Positions 38,690 to 50,600 of a DNA stretch of 64,000 bases are shown in pieces. Made by a program: the position numbers and the translations under genes. The DNA is from Eledone cirrhosa (Eukaryota), in contig OZ024741.1 of NCBI GenBank assembly GCA_964016885.1, positions 368,094,001 to 368,158,000 of the forward strand, read 5' to 3'. The first letter of the stretch is position 1; each line of letters opens with the position of its first letter. A model generated the notes under the pieces. That model worked only from the letters and a program-made list of their open reading frames with translations. It was not told the DNA's origin and made no database searches.

Positions 38690-39290
38690 AATAGAAGAAA
38701 AATAAATAAAATAAAATGAAAATAAATAAAAAGGAGGGAGAGGGAGTGACAGACTACACCCCAGTCTAAGCGGTATCTCTCAGTTGCATCCTTCAGACAA
38801 AATGGTAAAGGTATTGCCACAGAGAATGGCCCACAGCACCTGCGGCAACAGCCACTCCACATCACGAAGCTCCTTCCTTAGGTTGGCTGCCATTTTTCCA
38901 ATTTTGCAAAGGAAAATGGCAGTTCAGAGACACATAACACCTGATGTTTCGATGGCAACTAGTGTGAAAAGGAAGCAGTCTGTCAAACCCAGATATTTGG
39001 CAATTTTCGTCTACACTGTGGGTGAAGCGACAAGGCTGAAGGTGGAGAATAAGTTGCAGCACATGGCATCCCAGATTAAGGATTTATCTCTCGAATCAGG
39101 AGAAAATTATCCTGTCTGTGCGTTTACCATCACCACGATCAAGGCCAGATGGTTCCAGTTGTAATAGCAAGCCAGCCACATCAAGGCTCCTTCAGATTAT
39201 GTCATTCAGGGCTATGTATTGGGGAAACTGCTCTGAGTTAAAGTGGCAGACCAAACTCGTCAACAAATAGGAACGCTTTAAAATTTAGAG
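38690..39290 (-). mobile_element. Degraded 3' fragment of a second CRE-like element (RLE domain) in an ATP6AP1 intron
   Basis: Minus-strand translation gives QLEPSGLDRGDGKRTD and LVAIETSGV, homologous to 4580-4835. Confidence 0.75.
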
Positions 39291-39686
39291 ACAATCTAAA
39301 TCAGCTCGATAACAAAATGGTTAAACAACAGCAATAAGTGCAGTAGAGGATCATATGAATAAAAAAATAAATAAAAAGTATATATATATATACACACACT
39401 CGTATTTAACCCTTTTGATAAACTGCCTGAAACCATTCCTTGTTGTACACTACAAAATGGTTTGCTTTACAGAGCTTAAATATATCTAAAAACCTTCCAT
39501 CATAAATTCTATAAAAGAGCCTTTGTTAAATTATGTTGCTAACACCAGCTAAATATTGCAAAGCATTTTGTCCAATGCTCTACCAATTCTAATTCAAATA
39601 ACATTTATGAATCAAAATCTCAAAAGCATCTATTAATGAATTCTTTAAAATATGAACACAAGAAATTGCAAAACTTCATTGCTTAC

Positions 39687-39764
39687 CTTGACATTTTTAA
39701 ATACTCCACCTTCACCGTTATAGTTATAAATATCAGCATAATGAGACAGGTGGTTGAGACCAAG
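39687..39764 (-). CDS. ATP6AP1: Ac45 coding exon
   Basis: LGLNHLSHYADIYNYNGEGGVFKNVK; 78 bp, canonical AG/GT, phase 0/0. Confidence 0.85.
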
Positions 39765-39854
39765 CTGATATGAAAGAGAATACAATAAACTAATTTTATT
39801 TAACTATTTAGCTAATCGCGTCATTTAGAATCCTAGAATAATAATCTCATACAA

Positions 39855-40012
<158 letters not shown>

Positions 40013-40186
40013 AGGATAGTAGACGTGTGTCATATCGCTCTGTGATTTGGATTTTTACCTGCTAATTTTGTGAGTGGATTTTTTTGAATTATTTTGTATA
40101 ATTAACTGTAACCCCTAGTCTGGGACTCTAGACGTCGGGTAAATATATTTTCACCCCTTTTGGGGTGAAAAATAAATATTTGAGAA

Positions 40187-41947
40187 ATGTTTATCGATAT
40201 CGTTGATAACGATATCGTCGAAAACGATATCGCCATATTGGAAGCGAACGCCACGCCGACCAAAAAAACAAGCGGGAAAGAGGGAACAACAGTTCAAACT
40301 GTTGAACAACCCCTCCTCTCCAATGAAAAAAAGAATTTCAATTCAAATGAAAAAATTAATTTTCAAGAAAAAAATAGCACCACAAATAAGGAAACCAACA
40401 ACATTACAACAACAAACAAAGACAAAATTTCTTTTGCCCAAACACTTAGGAGAGCCACGGAATACAAAGCCATTGACATCACGAACGCCAAGGAAAATTT
40501 GCTAGAGGCTAGAAAATACGTATCTTTTGGGGAGGATGGTTCTTTTACGATCAACTCCCCAGAAGAAGTGCGTGAACAGATTTACAAGAATACCGTAAGC
40601 TACAGAACCATAACCAACGAAACGAGAAAGCCAGCGCAATTGACCGAAAGTCAAATCGAGCTGGTTCTGAAAGAAATTAAAAATGACATACTCTTTATTC
40701 AAAGAGGAAAGCTGTATGCCAGCATTATGGTCCGAATGAAGGACGAAATGCTGGCTCAGAAATATTCGGTGGCACCTATAGTGTCACCACATTACACCTT
40801 CTTCCCCACATATAAAGGAAGAAGAACACAAAGGATAAGAATGTGGAGCCCTACGCCAGAAATTAACATCTGGTCCGTCCTAACAGGATTTACCGACCTA
40901 GATAAGGACATACTAATTTCAGCAGGGGAGTCCACCAGTGGACTGTTCGGGGGGAAAAGTCTGGAGGTTCTCTTACAGATGACACCTGAGAGAATCTCCG
41001 GAATACCCGACCGAGTGCTACTGGATGGGCGAACCTACATAAATATCACAGTGGAAGGCAGGAGACCCTCATGTTACCACTGCGCTGGCAGAGGTCACCT
41101 GAGGACGGCCTGCCCTCTACTAACAACAAAAAAACCACTGCTACAAACACCACAACAACAACAAAAACAACCAGCACCACCATCACAAAAACAACAAAAT
41201 ACACTACCATCACCACCAGAACAACAAAAACCAACAACACCACCACCACCACCACCACCACCACAACAACAACATCAACAACAGCTCAAGAAAACAACCC
41301 AAAACACGGTCCCACCCAGCCCCACCCCACAGAACACAAATACAAAAACAGTTCATACACAACCCGGAGATATACCCCTCCCCTCCAATACGGAAGAGGA
41401 GCTCATATCGTCGGAAGACGAGGGGGCTCCCTTCCAAAAAGTGAAAAGAAAAAAACGTACACACACCACAACAACAAAAATAACCCCACCTGACAACACA
41501 ACACAGACAATAAAACGCAAACTCACTCAACAACAACAAGCAAAAACAAACACAACAACACAAAAACTCTACACATACATAAACAAAAACAATGAAAACC
41601 TAACTTTAAAAATAGAAACCAACCCTTCGATACAAACCGAAGGGCCGAATTTCGTAACGGCAATGGGGCTCCCTAACCTGAAAATGGTGAAAATCCCACT
41701 TGACATTTTTAAAACTTTAAAAGACATGTACCCTGAGGACGTGGGCCCACCCTGCACCAGGCCACTCAACCGCGTCCTCCTGAAAGGTTTTCCCCTCCCC
41801 TCCTCAAACACCCACACAACTCCAAAGATCCCAACCCCTCCACACACCAATACCCCCACACCACCACAAACCACCACCCCACCCATCAACCCCGCCACCA
41901 GCCCCATGGAAACTGAGCGACCCGAACCCCGGGACGCAGAGAGGTAA
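40187..41947 (+). CDS. Tx1 ORF1 (gag-like, CCHC zinc knuckle, P/Q/T-rich tail), copy 1
   Basis: 586-aa ORF with CYHCAGRGHLRTAC knuckle, immediately upstream of ORF2. Confidence 0.9.
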   Translation: MFIDIVDNDIVENDIAILEANATPTKKTSGKEGTTVQTVEQPLLSNEKKNFNSNEKINFQEKNSTTNKETNNITTTNKDKISFAQTLRRATEYKAIDITNAKENLLEARKYVSFGEDGSFTINSPEEVREQIYKNTVSYRTITNETRKPAQLTESQIELVLKEIKNDILFIQRGKLYASIMVRMKDEMLAQKYSVAPIVSPHYTFFPTYKGRRTQRIRMWSPTPEINIWSVLTGFTDLDKDILISAGESTSGLFGGKSLEVLLQMTPERISGIPDRVLLDGRTYINITVEGRRPSCYHCAGRGHLRTACPLLTTKKPLLQTPQQQQKQPAPPSQKQQNTLPSPPEQQKPTTPPPPPPPPQQQHQQQLKKTTQNTVPPSPTPQNTNTKTVHTQPGDIPLPSNTEEELISSEDEGAPFQKVKRKKRTHTTTTKITPPDNTTQTIKRKLTQQQQAKTNTTTQKLYTYINKNNENLTLKIETNPSIQTEGPNFVTAMGLPNLKMVKIPLDIFKTLKDMYPEDVGPPCTRPLNRVLLKGFPLPSSNTHTTPKIPTPPHTNTPTPPQTTTPPINPATSPMETERPEPRDAER

Positions 41948-41970
41948 GTGCCTCTTTCTTTGCCACCAAC

Positions 41971-44900
41971 ATGGCTGTCTTAAGAGTGGGTTGTCTAAAT
42001 GCGCGTGGCCTGGGCTCACCTTGGAAGCAAGCTAAACTTCTAAGTGACCTCAGGTCACAATGTGTAAATGTGATGGTTATTTGCGAGGCCCGGATCAGCA
42101 GCATGCAACAGCTAACCCCCACCTTTGATGACTTTGAGATGCACGCATCTCTCTGTCAGCCCGGAGGTGGGGGTGGGGTTGTCGTTCTGCTGCAAAAACA
42201 TCTGGGTCTCGCTACACAGACGGTACACTTGGACCCGGAGGGTCGACTCGTGGTTCTGGACCTTGGCAATGGCGAAGGCGAAGCTTTTAGGCTTGTCGCC
42301 GTATACGCCCCTTTTGGGGCAATGCGGTCGGACTTCTTCCATCGTCTGGAGACTTTTCTAGGGACGTCCCGCTCCTTGCTTTTAGTGGGGGACTGGAATG
42401 GTATCCTAGATGCACGTTGGGACTATGTAGGGGCATGTCCCGATAGAGGGGGGTGTAACAGCCTTAAGGGGTTAATCGGCCGATTCGACCTGGCCGATAG
42501 ATACCGACTAGATTTTCCGACTGTACCAACCTGGACCTGGTCAAATAACAGTGGTCAATCTAGATCGTACCTAGATAGGTTCTTAGTTAGAATTAAGGAT
42601 AGGGACTTTTTAAGTTGTCCAGAAATGCTCATGGTGGGCTATTCAGACCACAAGTTAGTGACCTGCGTAGTCCACCTTGATAGAACGCATAGGCAGGGGC
42701 CCGGTTACTGGAAGCTCAACTTGTCCTTACCGGCAAGTAGAGCTTACAGGGACCGGATTAGAACCTTAGTTAAGGAGCAGTTGACGGGCGCCATCGTCAA
42801 CAACAGGTGGTGGGGCTCTCTAAAAAGAGAGATTAGAGTAGTTTCAATAGGAGTTAGTAAGGAGTTAGCCTCAGATAGAAATAGGAAGGAAAGGGAGTTG
42901 GTAGTTAATGTTGAAGAGGCAATGAGAAGCGGCAACGTGGCCAGAGTGCAAGCGTCGAGAACGGTCTTGAACCAGTTCTTCGACGCGAAACACGAAGGCT
43001 GCGTTGTCCGAAGCAAAATACGTGCTCTGGGAAACGAGGGGACCAAAGCTGTTAGCTGGGCCCGCGTGACAGAAGCGAAAAGTGGGATTAAATCCACTAT
43101 CCGGTCTTTGCGAGACCAGGATGGACGGCTGATCCTTGAACCTAAGCAAATGTGCGAGGCCTTTCAAAGGCACTTTGCCCAATTGTTCGGGAGGGGCGGG
43201 GAGCCGGTTGGAGATGTGGATTTCGGTCCATACCTCGACGGCCTGCCGCGTCTTTCGGACAGGGAGGCGAGGTCCTGCGACAGGCCGATCTCAGCTGCTG
43301 AAATAGGGGACGTGCTGAGCCTATGCGGCAAACGCAAATCTCCAGGACTCGATGGTCTGCCCTACGAACTATATATTAATATGCCGGACTTGTTCCCCGA
43401 TCTCCTCGAGGCGGTCTACTGCAACTGGCAACAGAACGGGAGAATTCCCTGTTCTGTGACCAAGGGCGTAGTCTCGCTAGTGAGGAAGGACGAGAACAAG
43501 GGGGATGACATTAGTAATTTTAGGCCCATAACTCTGCTAAATGCAGAGTTAAAGATTTTGGCGAAGGTGTTAGCGAAGAGGTTGGCGCTTGTCGTGGGGG
43601 GCCTGGTGGGAGATGCGCAGACATGCGCTATCCCGTCCAGGTCCATCCACGACAACCTCCACCTCATGCGATACATCATAGAGAGGGTTGGGAACGAACC
43701 CGGCTTTGGTGGGGCCCTGATAAATTTAGATCAGTCTAAAGCGTTCGATAGGGTGGACCATGGTTACCTGGATGCGGTGCTAGCGGCGGCTGGGTTCGGA
43801 CCCGTTTTCAGGGGCTGGATCACTGCCATGCACAGCAGCCGCATCTGCTCTAGAATCAAGGTGAACGGCTACCTTTCGGAGCCGTTCGAAATCACCCGCT
43901 CCATCCGACAGGGGTGCCCTCTCTCCTCCCTTCTGTATGTATTGACTCTCGAGCCATTACTGCGGAAGTTGGAGTTGTTGCAGGGCATCCCTTTGGAACC
44001 GGGATTGCGCAAAGCGGTGTCGGCCTACGCCGATGACGTAACAGTAATGGTGTCGACCGCCTCGGAAATCGAGGCAATCGGCACCTTCCTAGAGGAGTAC
44101 GAAAGGTTGACAGGGGCTAAGCTGAACCGGGACAAGTCAGTCGCTTTGCAACTCGGCGAGTGGAGGGGCAAAGCGATGTCGTGCGACGGTATCGTCGGAC
44201 GGTGGACGGAGGGCCCGGTGAAGTTGCTTGGGGTCTGGTTCGGACCGGACCTCCAGGTGGAGAAAAACTGGGGTGAGGTGACGAATAGGGTGTTTGCACT
44301 GACCCAGAAGTGGGCCGAGTGCAAACTATCCCTAAAAGGTCGGGCGGAGGTGGCGAACGCTTACATAGCGTCCGTCATCTATTACCGCTTGACTGTCGTG
44401 CCTTGCCCGGGTGAGATCCTCGCCAAAATGGAGCGCGCCCTCTTTTATTTCCTTTGGAAGAAGAGGTCTCCTCTAGTGAGGAGATCCATCTGCTGTCAAC
44501 ACCCTTTGAAAGGAGGGCTGGGGATGCCGTGGCTAAAAATGCGTAAACACGCATTGAGGCTAAGGCACCTCCACGTATTCCTCACCGGTCAACCGGTGTG
44601 GGCCCCGTTTGTGAGGCGAGCCTTCCCGAGGCTCGTCTCGCTCACCGAGCTGCAGTCCTGGGTGAAGCAAAGACCGAGAAAACTGGGCGACTGGCACACC
44701 GAGTGTGCCCAGGCGCTCACGGCTCTCTGGCAGGCGGACCCGACTATCGACGGAGACTCCACCTCGTCATTCTATAGAGGGCTGGTGGTTAGCGGGTGCG
44801 ACGACGCCCTCGGAGAAGCCCTAGGCATGGAGGAGGACGAACTGGCCAGTCTATTCGGTAGGACTTTCGGCCCGGGACCTATGGACAACTTCCAGAAGTC

Positions 44901-45408
44901 CTTGGCCTGGCAGTGCTACCGAGGGGCTCTGCCCGTTCGGGATAAGCTCTACAGACACGGGCGCCCGGGTAGGGACCCCTCGAAAAAGATCTGTCCCAGA
45001 TGCGTGCGCGACGAGGAAACCGTCGCGCACGCATTGGTGCACTGCCCGGGCGTTGCCGATCTGTGGGGCTATGTTGAACAATTGCTGTCACGGGTGGGAC
45101 CAATTAGGTTGACCACCGAGTCCATTGTAACGATCAAGCCGCCTCCCCCCTTCAAAAATGAAGGAGAGGCGGTCTTCCTCTGTGTAATAGCCATGGTAAA
45201 AGAGGCTATATGGTGGACGCGTCTGAAAGGGCTGAGGTCGGACACCTTTCTCTCCGGCCAACAACTGGTCCTTTTCTTCCGATACCATTTCGGAAGAAGG
45301 ATCAGGATGGAGAGAGAGGTACTCCACTCCAGCCAGTTTTATGAAAGGTGGGTGAAAGTTGCGAGAATGGCCCGTGTGAATGGGCCTTCTCTCTACCTCA
45401 GCCTGTAG
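41971..45408 (+). CDS. Tx1 ORF2 (APE endonuclease - reverse transcriptase - C-terminal CCHC), copy 1
   Basis: 1145 aa; APE motifs LNARG, VYAP, GDWN, YLDR, SDH; RT motifs SPGLDG, FRPITLLN, KAFDRV, RQGCPLS, YADD; CPRC..ETVAHALVHC. Confidence 0.95.
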   Translation: MAVLRVGCLNARGLGSPWKQAKLLSDLRSQCVNVMVICEARISSMQQLTPTFDDFEMHASLCQPGGGGGVVVLLQKHLGLATQTVHLDPEGRLVVLDLGNGEGEAFRLVAVYAPFGAMRSDFFHRLETFLGTSRSLLLVGDWNGILDARWDYVGACPDRGGCNSLKGLIGRFDLADRYRLDFPTVPTWTWSNNSGQSRSYLDRFLVRIKDRDFLSCPEMLMVGYSDHKLVTCVVHLDRTHRQGPGYWKLNLSLPASRAYRDRIRTLVKEQLTGAIVNNRWWGSLKREIRVVSIGVSKELASDRNRKERELVVNVEEAMRSGNVARVQASRTVLNQFFDAKHEGCVVRSKIRALGNEGTKAVSWARVTEAKSGIKSTIRSLRDQDGRLILEPKQMCEAFQRHFAQLFGRGGEPVGDVDFGPYLDGLPRLSDREARSCDRPISAAEIGDVLSLCGKRKSPGLDGLPYELYINMPDLFPDLLEAVYCNWQQNGRIPCSVTKGVVSLVRKDENKGDDISNFRPITLLNAELKILAKVLAKRLALVVGGLVGDAQTCAIPSRSIHDNLHLMRYIIERVGNEPGFGGALINLDQSKAFDRVDHGYLDAVLAAAGFGPVFRGWITAMHSSRICSRIKVNGYLSEPFEITRSIRQGCPLSSLLYVLTLEPLLRKLELLQGIPLEPGLRKAVSAYADDVTVMVSTASEIEAIGTFLEEYERLTGAKLNRDKSVALQLGEWRGKAMSCDGIVGRWTEGPVKLLGVWFGPDLQVEKNWGEVTNRVFALTQKWAECKLSLKGRAEVANAYIASVIYYRLTVVPCPGEILAKMERALFYFLWKKRSPLVRRSICCQHPLKGGLGMPWLKMRKHALRLRHLHVFLTGQPVWAPFVRRAFPRLVSLTELQSWVKQRPRKLGDWHTECAQALTALWQADPTIDGDSTSSFYRGLVVSGCDDALGEALGMEEDELASLFGRTFGPGPMDNFQKSLAWQCYRGALPVRDKLYRHGRPGRDPSKKICPRCVRDEETVAHALVHCPGVADLWGYVEQLLSRVGPIRLTTESIVTIKPPPPFKNEGEAVFLCVIAMVKEAIWWTRLKGLRSDTFLSGQQLVLFFRYHFGRRIRMEREVLHSSQFYERWVKVARMARVNGPSLYLSL

Positions 45409-45629
45409 GTGGAACAGAAAGGAGGGAGCACCATCTCTTTGTGCTCCCGTGGAGAAGGGTCGCACACTTTTTTCGGGGGTGTGTGTGACCCCAAAACGAT
45501 CCCTCCCTATTGAGGATCTTCTTGTTATTATTTTGTTTGTTATATTTTTCTTACTCGATTTTTATGTAAACTCCCCCCACCCATGTACATGTCCCTTTCT
45601 TTTGTGCCCTAGTGGCAAATAAACAGAAA

Positions 45630-45741
<112 letters not shown>

Positions 45742-45915
45742 AGGATAGTAGACGTGTGTCATATCGCTCTGTGATTTGGATTTTTACCTGCTAATTTTGT
45801 GAGTGGATTTTTTTGAATTATTTTGTATAATTAACTGTAACCCCTAGTCTGGGACTCTAGACGTCGGGTAAATATATTTTCACCCCTTTTGGGGTGAAAA
45901 ATAAATATTTGAGAA

Positions 45916-47667
45916 ATGTTTATCGATATCGTTGATAACGATATCGTCGAAAACGATATCGCCATATTGGAAGCGAACGCCACGCCGACCAAAAAAACAA
46001 GCGGGAAAGAGGGAACAACAGTTCAAACTGTTGAACAACCCCTCCTCTCCAATGAAAAAAAGAATTTCAATTCAAATGAAAAAATTAATTTTCAAGAAAA
46101 AAATAACACCACAAATAAGGAAACCAACAACATTACAACAACAAACAAAGACAAAATTTCTTTTGCCCAAACACTCAAGAGAGCCACGGAGTACAAAGCC
46201 ATTGACATCACGAACGCCAAGGAAAATTTGCTAGAGGCTAGAAAATACGTATCTTTTGGGGTGGATGGTTCTTTTACGATCAACTCCCCAGAAGAAGTGC
46301 GTGAACAGATTTACAAGAATACCGTAAGCTTCAGAACCATAACCAACGAAACGAGAAAGCCAGCGCAATTGACCGAAAGTCAAATCGAGCTGGTTCTGAA
46401 AGAAATTAAAAATGACATACTCTTTATTCAAAGAGGAAAGCTGTATGCCAGCATTATGGTCCGAATGAAGGACGAAATGCTGGCTCAGAAATATTCGGTG
46501 GCACCTATAGTGTCACCACAATACACCTTCTTCCCCACATATAAAGGAAGAAGAACACAAAGGATAAGAATGTGGAGCCCTACGCCAGAAATTAACATCT
46601 GGTCCGTCCTAACAGGATTTACCGACCTAGATAAGGACATACTAATTTCAGCAGGGGAGTCCACCAGTGGACTGTTCGGGGGGAAAAGTCTGGAGGTTCT
46701 CTTACAGATGACACCTGAGAGAATCTCCGGAATACCCGACCGAGTGCTACTGGATGGGCGAACCTACATAAATATCACAGTGGAAGGCAGGAGACCCTCA
46801 TGTTACCACTGCGCTGGCAGAGGTCACCTGAGGACGGCCTGCCCTCTACTAACAACTAAAAAACCACTGCTACAAACACCACAACAACAACAAAAACAAC
46901 CAGCACCACCATCACAAAAACAACAAAATACACTACCATCTCCACCAGAACAACAAAAACCAACAACACCACCACCACCACAACAACAACAACATCAACA
47001 ACAGCTCAAGAAAACAACCCAAAACACGGTCCCACCCAGCCCCACCCCACAGAACACAAATACAAAAACAGTTCATACACAACCCGGAGATATACCCCTC
47101 CCCTCCAATACGGAAGAGGAGCTCATATCGTCGGAAGACGAGGGGGCTCCCTTCCAAAAAGTGAAAAGAAAAAAACGTACACACACCACAACAACAAAAA
47201 TAACCCCACCTGACAACACAACACAGACAATAAAACGCAAACTCACTCAACAACAACAAGCAAAAACAAACACAACAACACAAAAACTCTACACATACAT
47301 AAACAAAAACAATGAAAACCTAACTTTAAAAATAGAAACCAACCCTTCGATACAAACCGAAGGGCCGAATTTCGTAACGGCAATGGGGCTCCCTAACCTG
47401 AAAATGGTGAAAATCCCACTTGACATTTTTAAAACTTTAAAAGACATGTACCCTGAGGACGTGGGCCCACCCTGCACCAGGCCACTCAACCGCGTCCTCC
47501 TGAAAGGTTTTCCCCTCCCCTCCTCAAACACCCACACAACTCCAAAGATCCCAACCCCTCCACACACTAATACCCCCACACCACCACAAACCACCACCCC
47601 ACCCATCAACCCCTCCACCAGCCCCATGGAAACTGAGCGACCCGAACCCCGGGATGCAGAGAGGTAA
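45916..47667 (+). CDS. Tx1 ORF1, copy 2
   Basis: 583 aa, near-identical to copy 1 with a shorter poly-Pro tract. Confidence 0.9.
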   Translation: MFIDIVDNDIVENDIAILEANATPTKKTSGKEGTTVQTVEQPLLSNEKKNFNSNEKINFQEKNNTTNKETNNITTTNKDKISFAQTLKRATEYKAIDITNAKENLLEARKYVSFGVDGSFTINSPEEVREQIYKNTVSFRTITNETRKPAQLTESQIELVLKEIKNDILFIQRGKLYASIMVRMKDEMLAQKYSVAPIVSPQYTFFPTYKGRRTQRIRMWSPTPEINIWSVLTGFTDLDKDILISAGESTSGLFGGKSLEVLLQMTPERISGIPDRVLLDGRTYINITVEGRRPSCYHCAGRGHLRTACPLLTTKKPLLQTPQQQQKQPAPPSQKQQNTLPSPPEQQKPTTPPPPQQQQHQQQLKKTTQNTVPPSPTPQNTNTKTVHTQPGDIPLPSNTEEELISSEDEGAPFQKVKRKKRTHTTTTKITPPDNTTQTIKRKLTQQQQAKTNTTTQKLYTYINKNNENLTLKIETNPSIQTEGPNFVTAMGLPNLKMVKIPLDIFKTLKDMYPEDVGPPCTRPLNRVLLKGFPLPSSNTHTTPKIPTPPHTNTPTPPQTTTPPINPSTSPMETERPEPRDAER

Positions 47668-47690
47668 GTGCCTCTTTCTTTGCCACCAAC

Positions 47691-50600
47691 ATGGCTGTCT
47701 TAAGAGTAGGTTGTCTAAATGCGCGTGGCCTGGGCTCACCTTGGAAGCAAGCTAAACTTCTAAGTGACCTCAGGTCACAATGTGTAAATGTGATGGTTAT
47801 TTGCGAGGCCCGGATCAGCAGCATGCGACAGCTAACCCCCACCTTTGATGACTTTGAGATGCACGCATCTCTCTGTCAGCCTGGAGGTGGGGGTGGGGTT
47901 GTCGTTCTGCTGCAAAAACATCTGGGTCTCGCTACACAGACGGTACACTTGGACCCGGAGGGTCGACTCGTGGTTCTGGACCTTGGCAATGGCGAAGGCG
48001 AAGCTTTTAGGCTTGTCGCCGTATACGCCCCTTTTGGGGCAATGCGGTCGGACTTCTTCCATCGTCTGGAGACTTTTCTAGGGACGTCCCGCTCCTTGCT
48101 TTTAGTGGGGGACTGGAATGGTATCCTAGATGCACGTTGGGACTATGTAGGGGCATGTCCCGATAGAGGGGGGTGTAACAGCCTTAAGGGGTTAATCGGC
48201 CGATTCGACCTGGCCGATAGATACCGACTAGATTTTCCGACTGTACCAACCTGGACCTGGTCAAATAACAGTGGTCAATCTAGATCGTACCTAGATAGGT
48301 TCTTAGTTAGAATTAAGGATAGGGACTTTTTAAGTTGTCCAGAAATGCTCATGGTGGGCTATTCAGACCACAAGTTAGTGACCTGCGTAGTCCACCTTGA
48401 TAGAACGCATAGGCAGGGGCCCGGTTACTGGAAGCTCAACTTGTCCTTACCGGCAAGTAGAGCTTACAGGGACCGGATTAGAACCTTAGTTAAGGAGCAG
48501 TTGACGGGCGCCATCGTCAACAACAGGTGGTGGGGCTCTCTAAAAAGAGAGATTAGAGTAGTTTCAATAGGAGTTAGTAAGGAGTTAGCCTCAGATAGAA
48601 ATAGGAAGGAAAGGGAGTTGGTAGTTAATGTTGAAGAGGCAATGAGAAGCGGCAACGTGGCCAGAGTGCAAGCGTCGAGAACGGTCTTGAACCAGTTCTT
48701 CGACGCGAAACACGAAGGCTGCGTTGTCCGAAGCAAAATACGTGCTCTGGGAAACGAGGGGACCAAAGCTGTTAGCTGGGCCCGCGTGACAGAAGCGAAA
48801 AGTGGGATTAAATCCACTATCCGGTCTTTGCGAGACCAGGATGGACGGCTGATCCTTGAACCTAAGCAAATGTGCGAGGCCTTTCAAAGGCACTTTGCCC
48901 AATTGTTCGGGAGGGGCGGGGAGCCGGTTGGAGATGTGGATTTCGGTCCATACCTCGACGGCCTGCCGCGTCTTTCGGACAGGGAGGCGAGGTCCTGCGA
49001 CGGGCCGATCTCAGCTGCTGAAATAGGGGACGTGCTGAGCCTATGCGGCAAACGCAAATCTCCAGGACTCGATGGTCTGCCCTACGAACTATATATTAAT
49101 ATGCCGGACTTGTTCCCCGATCTCCTCGAGGCGGTCTACTGCAACTGGCAACAGAACGGGAGAATTCCCTGTTCTGTGACCAAGGGCGTAGTCTCGCTAG
49201 TGAGGAAGGACGAGAACAAGGGGGATGACATTAGTAATTTTAGGCCCATAACTCTGCTAAATGCAGAGTTAAAGATTTTGGCGAAGGTGTTAGCGAAGAG
49301 GTTGGCGCTTGTCGTGGGGGGACTGGTGGGAGATGCGCAGACATGCGCTATCCCGTCCAGGTCCATCCACGACAACCTCCACCTCATGCGATACATCATA
49401 GAGAGGGTTGGGAACGAACCCGGCTTTGGTGGGGCCCTGATAAATTTAGATCAGTCTAAAGCGTTCGATAGAGTGGACCATGGTTACCTGGATGCGGTGC
49501 TAGCGGCGGCTGGGTTCGGACCCGTTTTCAGGGGCTGGATCACTGCCATGCACAGCAGCCGCATCTGCTCTAGAGTCAAGGTGAACGGCTACCTTTCGGA
49601 GCCGTTCGAAATCACCCGCTCCATCCGACAGGGGTGCCCTCTCTCCTCCCTTCTGTATGTGTTGACTCTCGAGCCATTACTGCGGAAGTTGGAGTTGTTG
49701 CAGGGCATCCCTTTGGAACCGGGATTGCGCAAAGCGGTGTCGGCCTACGCCGATGACGTAACAGTAATGGTGTCGACCGCCTCGGAAATCGAGGCAATCG
49801 GCACCTTACTAGAGGAGTACGAAAGGTTGACAGGGGCTAAGCTGAACCGGGACAAGTCAGTCGCTTTGCAACTCGGCGAGTGGAGGGGCAAAGCGATGTC
49901 GTGCGACGGTATCGTCGGACGGTGGACGGAGGGCCCGGTGAAGTTGCTTGGGGTCTGGTTCGGACCGGACCTCCAGGTGGAGAAAAACTGGGGTGAGGTG
50001 ACGAATAGGGTGTTTGCACTGACCCAGAAGTGGGCCGAGTGCAAACTATCCCTAAAAGGTCGGGCGGAGGTGGCGAATGCTTACATAGCGTCCGTCATCT
50101 ATTACCGCTTGACTGTCGTGCCTTGCCCGAGTGAGATCCTCGCCAAAATGGAGCGCGCCCTCTTTTATTTCCTTTGGAAGAAGAGGTCTCCTCTGGTGAG
50201 GAGATCCATCTGCTGTCAACACCCTTTGAAAGGAGGGCTGGGGATGCCGTGGCTAAAAATGCGTAAACACGCATTGAGGCTAAGGCACCTCCACGTATTC
50301 CTCACCGGTCAACCGGTGTGGGCCCCGTTTGTGAGGCGAGCCTTCCCGAGGCTCGTCTCGCTCACCGAGCTGCAGTCCTGGGTGAAGCAAAGACCGAGAA
50401 AACTGGGCGACTGGCACACCGAGTGTGCCCAGGCGCTCACGGCTCTCTGGCAGGCGGACCCGGCTATCGACGGAGACTCCACCTCGTCATTCTATAGAGG
50501 GCTGGTGGTTAGCGGGTGCGACGACGCCCTCGGAGAAGCCCTAGGCATGGAGGAGGACGAACTGGCCAGTCTATTCGGTAGGACTTTCGGCCCGGGACCT

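Larger units (their letters stand above)
40013..45629 (+). mobile_element. Full-length Tx1-clade (L1 group) non-LTR retrotransposon, copy 1
   Basis: 174-bp 5' UTR, ORF1, ORF2, 3' UTR ending GGCAAATAAACAGAAA; flanked on both sides by (TCTG)n. Confidence 0.93.

Noticed and set aside
39407-39660. TTAACCC-starting segments (also 62731) suggestive of piggyBac-like MITEs
   Set aside because: Matching opposite termini could not be identified with confidence.
41046-45465. Many antisense and alternative-frame ORFs within the Tx1 copies
   Set aside because: Shadows of low-complexity or GC-rich coding sequence; their recurrence only reflects copy identity.
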